Below are positions 1-10,652 of a DNA stretch of 64,000 nt, piece after piece. The stretch comes from Daphnia carinata (lineage: Eukaryota). Under the pieces are notes generated by a model. It saw only the letters and a list, made by a program, of their open reading frames with translations, did no database searches and was not told the origin of the DNA. Both the position numbers and the translations under genes were made by a program. Location: the NCBI RefSeq assembly GCF_022539665.2, contig NC_081331.1:9672001-9736000 (forward strand), given 5' to 3'. How positions within the stretch are numbered: the first letter of the stretch is position 1; the number at the start of each line of letters is the position of its first letter.

Positions 1-879
1 AAACTTCCAAAATTTAAAAAATCTCCACCTTTATTTTCGATTCCTCTCGTCGAAGCCAAGATACATGGGGTACAGTATCATCCTGCCCAACAGAATTCGA
101 AAAAGAAACCAGTATACTTACGGATGAACATGCTACGACAACGGTGTCGGAAAATCGGACGACCGAAAGACGTACTTTGCAATACCTCCTCCAGAAATAA
201 CTAACAAAAACGCGGCTGTGGTCACGTTGGCAGAATAGGATATCGTCGAACAAAAAATAGCAGTTAAGACCGACCAGTTTTCTGATCGTGAACACCGTTC
301 GGAATGGAAATTTTTGGGCCAGCTGAAGCTATTCCACACCTTTGGGCTACAAAACGAGACACAAAGGACGCTAAGCGACGTCCAAAGCGCCTTAAACGCT
401 ACACAAGGATTCGAAAAAGTACCAAATGGCGATCGACCACAATCAACGGCCAAAATCAAGAAACATGGTGGTTTGCGCTGCGCGGAAACACCGTCGCTCT
501 TCGCGCAAAGATGGAGCGAGTTCCTCTGGCCTGCCGCCTAACCATTTAACACCGAGGCCGCACGGAAACTTGACGAAACCGACACCGGAAAATCAACGCT
601 ACAATGGACGCAACTCATTTCAAAATTCCAACCCCTCTTGCATGTAAAACTAGTACCCCTTAGATCATTGGCACCATAATATTTACAAAGACCGCGGTAA
701 AGGTAAAACTCTCAACCCTCCTTGCTTCTATTCCTTTACTTCTTACAACTAAGAAATTTAAACGAAACAGGACATCTTATTAACCATCGACCCTTTATGT
801 TATTTTTACTTGGAACTTTTGAAGTTTTATTGAGATTACAACTTCGATCCTTCCCTTATTGACCTTTCTATTGTTGAAG

Positions 880-1110
880 CTGTACTCTAGGTTTAGGCAC
901 ACCTTATACAGAGACAATTGTATCTATACCGAACTCTAGGCTCGAGGGCGTCTGTATTCCTTTGACGGAGTGCGCCACAATGAGCTCCGGTTTAGGTTTA
1001 GGTTTAGACACTTTCGCTCAGATTTGTTGTACCGAGCTCCGGTTCGAGGGTGACTGTATTTCTTCTTCGGAACACACCACACTGAGCTCTGGGCTCGTTG
1101 ACGTCTGCGT
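880..1110. repeat. Imperfect ~100-bp tandem repeat in the presumed retroelement body
   Basis: taccgaactctaggctcgagggcgtctgtatt (~927) recurs as taccgagctccggttcgagggtgactgtatt (~1030), with further gagctc/ctctagg sub-units. Confidence 0.55.
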
Positions 1111-1291
1111 CACTACTTGTTTATAGGTGTATCTTTGTTCTCTTCGCAATTTTCCGTTTCAAGTACAAATTCTTGTGTCTTCTGGGAACGAAGACTAACG
1201 CGATTATGTTCTGAAATATTCCGTTTTAGTTACGCCTCTTCTACCGCAAGTCTTACTACTTGCAGAAAAAAATTGCGAGATCTAATCTTCC

Positions 1292-1679
1292 AAGAAGGGG
1301 AGTCATGTAAGGACTTCAAGCTAAATTTAAGTTAGTTAGAAGACTCGCATACTCCCCGTGTTATCTCTCTACCCCGCTTGACCTTATTACTCCGATTTAC
1401 TCTTTTATTACCTTCTTCCGCGTGAACGAGGTGTCAACGGCACCAAGCTTATCAGTTAAGCTCGTTTCCCTTTTCAGACTGTTTTAACTTTTATTACCCC
1501 ACGCTAACCTTAGCGTCCCCAAACCAAGACGTGGTATAAACCCACACCCGAGCTTCCCATACCGAGTTCCCTCGTAGTCACCGCACGGACTAGTTGTGTG
1601 TATTTTTGTAATGTGTTTGTGCCAGACATAAATTGACTTTAAACACGAAACAATAAATAAACGACTTTCGAGTGTTTCA
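1292..1679 (+). mobile_element. Probable 3' LTR of an LTR retrotransposon, with its polypurine tract
   Basis: Purine run AAGAAGGGGAG (1292-1302) lies just before TGTAAGG at 1306. AATAAA at ~1652 and a candidate terminal CA at 1679. The right end is uncertain and the partner LTR is not in the window. Confidence 0.5.
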
Positions 1680-2387
1680 AATATGGTCCTTTAGGGCATG
1701 ATTACTTGAATTGTAAGGTCTTATGCTCATTCTTATCTTTGCACGGTTTTCAACCTAAGCGTGAAAGTATATGTACTGTTACTAATTTAAAATTGTAGAA
1801 AGGCTGCATCGTATTTTGAAACAGTTCGATTACTTAAGAATCAGAGCCAAAAGGCAACGGAGGGGCGCCTTCGCCCGGGAAAAACCATAGCTACTAATGG
1901 CGTTATGTTGACATCTAAACAAAATCGCTATCGGAAAATAACATAGACCTCCCGACGTAAAATTTCTCAAAAATAGTTATTAAACAAACTCGTGATTTAT
2001 CTAACATTTTAAAATTGTTATTCAATTGCTGAATGGGAGAAAGCTAATTATTTCATGTAAAAATTCTTTTAAAAAAGTATCCTAGCTTACGCTTGCATCT
2101 AACGAACGTAAACTTTGGCATGTCACTTGTAATGGCGTGTTGTTCCGCCCAAGTTTTTTTCTTTATTTATCTTTCATTTTGATTAATATATGACATTTTC
2201 TGAGATAAAATTACATGCACTACATGCGATTATACACGTGTAATCAACGTGCGAAAGTTTTGCGAAAATTTCACGAATTCTTATAAACTTAGCATTTTTT
2301 TCAGCCAATGGATTGCATCTCGAACAAATGTAGGAGACATTTGACTTCGTTGTCATCTGAAAATATACTTAATAAGTTTCAACGAGA

Positions 2388-5300
2388 ATTGTTTCCGTAA
2401 ATAAAAACCACCATTATTAAGTGCGTCGCAATGGCCGCTTCACTTCTAGCCATCGGATGTATAATGGGGGTAATCATAATGAGAATTTCCTAGAAAGGAT
2501 ATCCAATGAAGAAAGATCGTCAGAGTTCTACAATGAACGGATATTCTAATACCGACCAGTCACTACCAGATGGTGTTACAGCTTACATTCCACCTCCTCC
2601 CAGCAGCGACCCAAAATTGGGGACTTGCGAGTGAAACGATTTCACTAACGAATTTCAATAACTATGATTCATGTGCTAAAAAACCAGAAATCAACGCTCA
2701 GAAAAAAGAAAGAAAAATTTTTCCTCTTAATTATTTCTTAAGAAATGACAGTGATGGCAATTTTGAGCCCATCATTTATTCTGATGTGGCGTTACCCAGC
2801 TTAGATAAAGAAATGGTCATTCTGCTATCATTAATCGTTTCTCGCGTTATTATATCTCCACAGCAGCGACTGGATACTTAATAAGGGTCGTTTAGTAGGG
2901 AAAAGCTACTAAAAAAATTAAGTATCTTAAAATGACACTTAATTAAAAAAAATACTTTCAATTTGCCTCCCCTACTGAAGCAAAATTTATAACCTTTTCC
3001 TTCATATTTAAGTATGGAATTTTTTTTTAAGTACTACGTACAGATTTTTAAAGTTACAAAAATTGGTTTAAGTGCTTAAAATATTTACGTATCCTGCGAA
3101 GAAGACGAGAATATGGACTTTGACAAAGGAAAGTGAAAGTTACCTAAAATTCCTCGGTGGTCTAGCTATCATACAAAAGTGCAGGACGTAAAAATACTTA
3201 TTTTTAATGAGGACTTCCAGTTAGATTTTGAAGTAGGAAACTGCGAAATCATACAACACCTGGAGAAAAATTTCATAGCCAGGTTGAACAATCCTGCCTC
3301 AGTAACACCGGGTAAGATTAACAAAGTTTTCTCCGTTATTTTATTTTAAACCAAATAACCTATTATTTATCTTTTCTAGGGAACTCAAATGATTGCCGGG
3401 ACTATGCTTCCAATAACTCTAATGTTACTAACCTCTCCTATATACACTAGCAGACGTAATAATTTTTTTTCCTAAATTGCCTAATATAGATTCGAGCAGG
3501 TGTACTAGCAACAATGACATTCGTTTCCTAGAGGAAAACGATGATCATGTAGTGAAAAATATAGATCAAGGTAAGTTCAATTAATAACATTGTTACGAAT
3601 ACAAGGTAATATAATATTAATGTCATCTAGTAGGAGTCCCTGGCGTCACAGAGGACAACCATAACATAGTTTTTGTTGTTGCGGAGCATCAGGAAGGTGA
3701 TATGGGTAAGTTTGGTCAAATTAGTGGTTTTCCCGTGAATGGCTAAGTTTTCAACCAAAATTTACCCAGGAATTGTTTTAAGTTTTGAATTCGCTACATC
3801 ACGTTTTGGCGTTTGTTTTATTAACCACGATTGTTTTGTTTTTGTTACCCAAGTGATTGTATACACATTTGTGATTAGTGGAACAATAAAAATTTGAAAA
3901 TAGTAGAACACATGGTTATTTTACCTATAAATAATTTCAATAGTGGGCTAGAATTTTAAGTATCCACCCGAAAATTAAGTAGCCTAGGGGCCTACAGAAT
4001 TATTCAGTAGGCGGGGAGGTATACTTAGAAATTAAGTGTGCTATTTAAATTAAGTACGGAAAAAAAATCTAGTACGCTGGCCTTTTTTAAGTATTAAAAA
4101 TTAAGTATTCAGTCGCCGCTGTGTGGAAGTAAAGTCAACGACAAGACCAAAAAAAGTTTCGGATAGAAGAAAAAACGATGAAGTTCATGAAATCTATTTA
4201 TTTCTAGGAAGGCTAATCCAATGGATAGATGAAGAATAGTAGAAACATTGTGTAGAGCATCTTCCCCGTGGGGAAGTGACTTAACGAATTAAGACAATTG
4301 AATAAACGCGAGTCCGGAGGCGTATTTCATACAATGATGAATGTACTTTTCTAGATTGAGCATAACTACAAGAATCAAGAGAGCATATAAAGAATAAAGA
4401 CACAGTAGGGAATCTCAAATAAGCTAGACAATCGTATTATTTCCAGGGAGATTAAATCCAACGGATAGATGGAGAATGGTAGAAATATTGCCATCAGTCA
4501 TTTCGGAGCACGGAATAGACCCCGATATTATGGAGAAAATAACTGGCACCCTATTCCAAATAGTGAAAAGACACGAAACAAACCCCGACGTTAAACTGGA
4601 AATGGCCAAATTAATGTTAGAAATCATTTCTCAAGATGCTGACGAGGTATTGAAATGGAATATATTAAACACTGTGTTGGCAATCGCTTCTCAAGAAACC
4701 AAGTCACGATTGGTAACCATCCTTTCAGCAATTGCAAGCGAGGAGAAAAGCCTAGAAGCAAAGTTAAGAACAGCTACATCACTTGTCTAACATTTTTTAT
4801 CAAAATGGAAGAGATGAAACCAGAGCCAAAGTAGAGCGAATAATCTCACTAATAGTTCTTTCAATAGAAAACCTTGATTCTACTATAGAGTATACCGAAA
4901 TCGTAGACGCATTCTCGAATGTAATCCAGGATGAAGAAAGAACAGAGATTGACTTTCACAAAAGAGCTGGAATTATAAACGTATCAATGCACTTGACTCA
5001 AAAAGAAAAAGCTGACGGGGTGGCATGAGAGCTCATCAAATTAAATTCGTCGGTAACACCATCACAGTACTCACTCATGTGGGCGTCGATAAAAAAAAAT
5101 CTTATTACATTGACTGGAGGAATCGTAGTGGAAACACAGACCAAAGTGCATCAAACGCCAAGGTTGAAGAAAAATCGAAAACAGACAACGTACTTTCGAA
5201 TATAGTCCAGGAAAATAATGCATGAGCAAAGGACTTCGTTCGCAAACTCTCGAATATAACTTAACAAAGAAAAGTCGTCGGAAGAAGACATTGACCAGAA

Positions 5301-5492
5301 GTCACAATGACACATGTGTCTCAGCACATTAAGAAACTTTACGTGGACTTTGATGAGAAATCAGAGATTGTTAAAGTCATTCAGGAATTTACCGGGGACA
5401 AAGAAACAGCGGAAAAGATTGCAACTCAAACGAAAGAAATAATGACACCAATGCTTTTACCAAAGCATTCCAGAGCAAACGTGCCGGCGTAA
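2388..5492 (+). pseudogene. Degraded, inverted older paralog of the intronless signal-anchor/repeat protein gene
   Basis: Fragments KTTIIKCVAMAASLLAIGCIMGVII, KIFPLN..LDKEMVILLSLIVSR and VKLEMAKLMLEIISQDADEVLKWNILNT align by eye with the 491-aa ORF at 21928-23403. It has many stops and frameshifts and is interrupted by the 2859-4123 element. Confidence 0.85.
2859..4123. mobile_element. Non-autonomous TIR DNA transposon with CAC...GTG ends (CMC/EnSpm-like)
   Basis: 24-bp TIR CACAGCAGCGACTGGATACTTAAT / ATTAAGTATTCAGTCGCCGCTGTG (2 mismatches) and many subterminal TTAAGTA/TACTTAA motifs. Flanks are TC/TG (imperfect 2-bp TSD). Host coding similarity resumes on both sides. Confidence 0.8.
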
Positions 5493-5619
5493 ACCATTGT
5501 GCCTGAAGAGATTTCTGCACGAAAAAGACGTTTCGGAAAGAGGATAACAGTATATATATATCATTCATGTATGAAATAACAAAGAATACATAAAATAATT
5601 AAGTTTTTAAAGTTACTAT

Positions 5620-5933
5620 AAGTTTTTCGTGCCATTATTATCACCCGCACCTTCCAAGCCAGCAACTTAACTTCACAGGTTATCTAGCACCTACACCTCA
5701 ATCTTGGATGTTATGCTTCATCCGCACCTCAATCTGAAAAGCTATTTCGTTTGGCTATTGCAAAGCTATCTGTCAAGCTATGCTGCCGTCTGACGGGGAA
5801 TGGAAGAAGCGACGTAATGGAGCTGATCGTATGGCAATTTTTTATTGCCATTTTTATCACCCGCACCTCATAGCCCAGCACCTCAACCTCGTATGTTATC
5901 CAGCACCCGCCCCTCAATCTGGTATGCTATTCC
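5620..5933 (+). repeat. Degenerate, rearranged fragments of the long-TIR foldback family
   Basis: aagtttttcgtgccattattatcacccgcacc and 31-bp agcacc..ctcaa units match 7247-7545 and 8203-8528. Confidence 0.75.
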
Positions 5934-5963
5934 TAGTGTTGGCGACTATCTAAGCCTCAAAAC

Positions 5964-6357
5964 CAGACTTGCCGCGATCTTCGATCAAAAAATGATCGCC
6001 GATCCGATCTTTTGAGAAAGATCGGAGATCGGATCGGCGATCCAAAAAAAATGATCGCGATCCGATCTTTTTGAGCGATCAAACTTTTCGCCATCTAGCT
6101 GTCGATTTTGCAGCCACATGGTACTCTTTCACTACTATTTTTGCGAATGCCAATTGAGGGAAGCTGTTTAGTGTTCACCCTCAATGGCCGTCAGTGACTG
6201 TCGCTATGACAGCCAATGCTAAATTCGTTAAATAGTGTAAACTTTGAGCGCTAGATGTCGTACAAAAAGATCGGTAAAAATGATCGCCCGATCCGATCAA
6301 ACTCAAAAGATCGGATCGGAGATCGAGATCGGAAAATCGATCGGCGCGGCAAGTCTG
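5964..6357. mobile_element. hAT-type MITE (394 bp)
   Basis: TIR CAGACTTGCCGCG / CGCGGCAAGTCTG. Perfect 8-bp TSD CTCAAAAC at 5956-5963 and 6358-6365. Dense subterminal GATC/CGATCCGATC repeats. Confidence 0.92.
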
Positions 6358-6489
6358 CTCAAAACGATATATCGCTATTTTTAGATAGTTTTTACATAAT
6401 CGCCGTATAGATACATTCCAAATAGATTTCCCATTTAATAAGAGATGGCGTCTGGTGCAAATCAGAGAAAAAAAATAATATACTACTTT

Positions 6490-7170
6490 TCACCTCTGCC
6501 TAGATTTGAACTCCGACGCTTCGTGTTACGAACGCCATTTTTATCCACACCGCTAAATCAGTAATGAAATATGGACACGGCACAAGTATGGTTTTCATTG
6601 GCGAGTATCGATACAAATATCATAATGGAATACAATATTTTTATCGTCTGCTTTAAGTTACAAGTGTTAACAGATGATTTCTAGTTATAGATATCAGTGT
6701 TGCCTTACGTAATAGAATGGATTTTTTTTTAATTTTTATTACATGTATATAAAATGTAGAAGAAAATAATCTTTTATTTTTTACTTACCATTGCGCAAAA
6801 TATATTTATCGTAAGCATCTAAAAATATGTATTTAAAATAAAACCAAAAAAAAATCCCGAATGTGGATTCGAACTACTGTACTTCTTATCATGAACGCTG
6901 AATTGATCCACAACGCTAACTCGGGAACATTTGTACTTTTCATGCAATGAATCCAATGTTTGCTGCCGAGTATCGATACAAATTTTGGACGAAACTGTTA
7001 TTTACCGTCATCTGCTTCTTATTATGCTAAACAGAATACTATTTAGCTATAAAAATCAGTTTTATTTATAATTTAAAACTCTTCTTTTATTAGTACCGTA
7101 CACGCCTCAGTTAACAGTTTGTAAGCATTCCTAAATTATTGTTACTCAGATACATTTAAAATAAAATTTT
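6490..7170 (-). repeat. Two diverged ~365-bp tandem units, each with a decayed tRNA-like segment
   Basis: Reverse B-box-like gatttgaact (~6503) and ggattcgaact (~6866), each followed by tccaca.cgctaa and gagtatcgatacaaat (6603, 6968). Confidence 0.55.
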
Positions 7171-7246
7171 TAGCAGATGGTTGAAAAAATGGCCTCAAAA
7201 CTATGGCAAGTTTTTAGTGGCATTATTATCCCCCGCAACCTATTAT

Positions 7247-8148
7247 GGCAAGTTTTTAGTGCCATTAATGTCACCCGCACCTGATAAGCCATCACCCCAA
7301 CCTAGGATGCTATACAGCACCCGCACCTCAACCCCGGATGTTATCCAGCACCCGCTTCTCAACCTGGCATGCTATTCCTCACCCCGCTATACCAACGGGC
7401 TATTAGAAAACCTATCGCACAAGGCTATTTCAAAAGCTATCCATTACAGCTATGCTGCCACCCGGCGGCCAATGGGAAAAGCGACGTAATGGAGCTACCA
7501 GATTGGAATTTTGATAGCTCGCATAGGGTACTAGCGCCACCTGGCCTCTGGCTACCTAAATAATCGTCTCCGACGTATTACGCTTTGCAAGATACGAGCA
7601 TATGTTTTAAAACGGTACGTTTCATTGCTCATTTTCACGTTTCATTTATTCTAGTGACATCCCGCCTATCTCACATTTATACCTAACCATTAAACGTAAA
7701 ATATTTTAGGAGTTATATATCGTGAATTAAAATTTTAAAAATTATTGAACCTAAAACATCATGTGAAATAAGCCCTACTGTGTCCATATGTCCTTTCCGC
7801 ACATAGATGATAAGATATACAAAATTCCGCATATCTTGCAACGCGTACTCCAATGGAGTCAATTCTTTTGGTAGTTTGATATCAGGTGGCGCTAAGGCCC
7901 TGTGCGAGCTATCAAATTTCCGATCTCATAGCTCCATTACACCGCTTCTCTCATTTGCCGACAGGCGACAGCATAGCCTTGACGGATAGCTTTTAAAATA
8001 GCCGAGCGAGATAGCTTTTCTAATAGCCCGTTGGTATAGCGGGGTGCTGGATAGCATCCGAGGTTGAGGTGCGGGTGCTAGATAATTTCTAAGGGTGAGG
8101 TGCTGGCTTATAAGGTGCGGGTGATAATAATGGCACTAAAAACTTGCC
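7247..8148. mobile_element. Long-TIR (~270-300 bp) foldback/MITE with GG...CC ends and AT flanks (possibly ISL2EU/Harbinger-related)
   Basis: GGCAAGTTTTTAGTGCCATTA at 7247 and its reverse complement ending at 8148. The arms match inward to GCGCCACCTG (~7534 / ~7884), contain 31-bp sub-repeats, and are flanked by AT on both sides. Confidence 0.8.
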
Positions 8149-8189
8149 ATAATATTATATGTCGTTAGCATTCAGTAGCATTCAGATAT

Positions 8190-8528
8190 GGCAAGTTTTT
8201 ATGGCAAGTTTTTAGTGCCATTATTGTCACCCGCACCTTATAAGCCATCACCTCAACCTTAGAGGTTATCTAGCACCCCCACCTCAACCTCGGATGCTAT
8301 CGAGCACCCGCCCCTCAACCTGGAATGCTATGCCTCACCCCGCTATACCAACGGGCTATTAGAAAAGCTATCGCGCAAGGCTATTTCAAAAGCTATCCGC
8401 CAAAACTATGCTGCCGCCTGGCGGGGAATGGGAGAAGCGGTGCAATGGAGCTATGAGATCGGAAATTTGATAGTCCGCATAGGGCACTAGCGCCACCTGG
8501 CCTCTGGCTTTCTAAATAATTGTCTCCT
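8190..8528 (+). mobile_element. Truncated left arm of the same foldback family
   Basis: Matches 7247-7571 up to gtctcc, then switches into duplication copy 1. The start is stuttered (ggcaagtttttatggcaagttttt). Confidence 0.8.
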
Positions 8529-8764
8529 ATATATGTTTCTTAGTTTTGTTATTTTCCCTAATAACATAAAATGGATGTAAACACGTCATCCATTTCGAAA
8601 AATTACGTTTGATGCTACTGTGTTTATCATAATTAAACGGCAAGGAAAAGTTAACAAATTGTTTTGTTTTATTTTTTGTATTTTTTTTTTCTTGTTTCGT
8701 ACAAGGATCATTATTTTTAAACGAAAATCAAACCGAAACATTTTTTTTTTGCTAATTCATCATT

Positions 8765-10215
8765 TTGTTTCCGTTCCAAGTCCTTCTTCGATGTATTTGG
8801 TTTGTCCATCATATTCGAGGGTGTTTTAACCATTGCTGGTTCGGCATCAAAATCCTCATCTGCTATGATTTTTGCACCAACTATATCCGACACCACAGGA
8901 GCCATTTCCAGTTTCTGATCTTTTTTGTCCCCCGATATCGTTTTTTCATCCAGCGTTTTCGGCACTGCAGACACCATTTCTGGTTTGTAATCAACATACC
9001 CTTCTGGTGTATCAGTTTCCTGGGTTACTTCCGAGATTCTTCTCATTTCAGCATTTTGGTCATGACCCGCTTCCCATACGTTGTTTTCTGGTGTCAAAGG
9101 AGAAAGAACATTGGTAACTTCATGTTTGCGTTCCAAGTCCTTCTTCAATGTATTTGGTTTGTCCATCATATTCGAGCATCTTTTAACCATTGCTGGTTCG
9201 GCATCAAAATCCTCATCTGCTATGATTTCTACACCAACTACATCCGACACCACAGGATCCATTTCCAGGTTCTTATCTTGTTGGTCCCCTGATGTCTTTT
9301 TTTCATCCAGCGTTTTCGGCACTGCAGAAACCATTTCTGGTTTGTAATCAACATACCCTTCTGGTGCATCAGTTTCCTGGATTACTTCCGAGAGTCTTGT
9401 CATTTCAGCATTTTGGTCATGACCCGCTTCCCATAAATGGTTTTCTGGTGTCAAAGGAGAAAGAACGTTGGAAACTTCATGTTTGCGTTCCAAGTCCCTC
9501 TTCGATGTATTTGGTTTGTCCATCATATTCAAGGGTGTTTTAACCATTGCTGGTTCGGCATCAAAATCCTCATCTGCTATGATTTTTGCACCAACTACAT
9601 CCGACACCACAGCAGCCATTTCCAGTTTCTGATCTTATTTGTCCCCCGATGTCTTTTTTTTATCCAATGTTTTCGGCATTGTAGAAACCATGTCTGGTTT
9701 GTAATCAACATACCCTTCTGGTGCATCAGTTTCCTGGGTTACTTCCGAGATTCTTGTCGTTTCAGCATTTTGGTCATGACCCGCTTCCCATACGTTGTTT
9801 TCTGGTGTCAAATGAGAAAGAACATTGGTAACGTCATGTTTGCGTTCCAAGTCCTTCTTCGATGTGTTTCTTTTGTCCATAAATATTCGACATTGTAGAA
9901 ACCATTTCTGATTTCAGTTTTAATTCTTCCTTCAATGTCTTTAACTGGTTCATTATGGCGATCAAATTTTGGAGCAATGCCTCTCCTGCCATGCGTTCCT
10001 GGTCAGGACCCGCTTTCCATAAGTTGTTTTCCGGTGTCAAGTGAGAAAGAACGTTGGTAACTTCATGTTTGCGTTCCAAGTCCTTCTGCGATGTGTTTGG
10101 TTTGTCCATCATATTCGACATTGTAGAAACCATTTCTGATTTCACTTTTAATTCTTGCTTCAATGTCTTTAACTTGTTTATTATGATGAGCAATTTTGGA
10201 AGCAATGCCTCTCTG
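8765..10215 (-). repeat. Coding tandem repeats: three 357-bp (119-aa) units preceded by a 228-bp (76-aa) unit pair
   Basis: ccatttccag recurs at ~8902, ~9259 and ~9616; agcaatgcct recurs at 9973 and 10201. Shared core MDKPNTSKKDLERKHEVTNVLSxLTPEN. Confidence 0.95.
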
Positions 10216-10652
10216 CGTTTCTCACCAACGTTCGGGTTCATCGGCAATACGGTTCCTATTTTATACTCTATGTCAAGTTCTGACTCCGCAATATCCTTAT
10301 TAAATAAGAATTCGGGTTTTTCAATTGAAGGAACTATTATCGAAAGTAGCCGTTCCATTTCGGTCCTTGTCTCGTCTTTTCCATACCGATGAACAATGGA
10401 AGATAATGCAGTTGCAGTTCTGATCTGGGTCTCTTCGCTATTCTCCTCCCTTGCAATTGCTGAAAGGATGGCAACCATTCGGGCCTTAATATCTGTTTCC
10501 ATCTCTGGGGTAGATATCTCCAACAGAGTGTTCAATATTTTCCATTTCAAAGCCTCGTCAGAATCTTGAGAAATTATGTCTGACATCAGTTTCGCCATTT
10601 CCAATTTAACTTTGAAATCCGTTACGTGTCGGTATACAATGTTGAACAGCAC

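Noticed and set aside
1..650. Retroelement pol/env coding sequence
   Set aside because: Short broken ORFs with no recognisable RT, integrase or env motifs.
989..1008. ggtttaggtttaggtttag as an interstitial telomere
   Set aside because: Only three TTTAGG units, not the arthropod TTAGG repeat, and part of a larger local repeat.
1684..1691. TGGTCCTT as a primer-binding site after the LTR
   Set aside because: Too short, and no gag-like ORF follows; the upstream polypurine tract favours a 3' LTR.
6490..6930. Functional tRNA genes
   Set aside because: Only degenerate box remnants; no convincing cloverleaf by eye.
7260..8345. 31-bp repeats resembling a CRISPR array
   Set aside because: They are head-to-tail with no unique spacers, lie inside TIR arms, have no cas genes nearby, and the context is eukaryotic.
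8765..9898. Plus-strand ORFs over the 357-bp repeats
   Set aside because: Antisense shadows of the minus-strand coding repeats.
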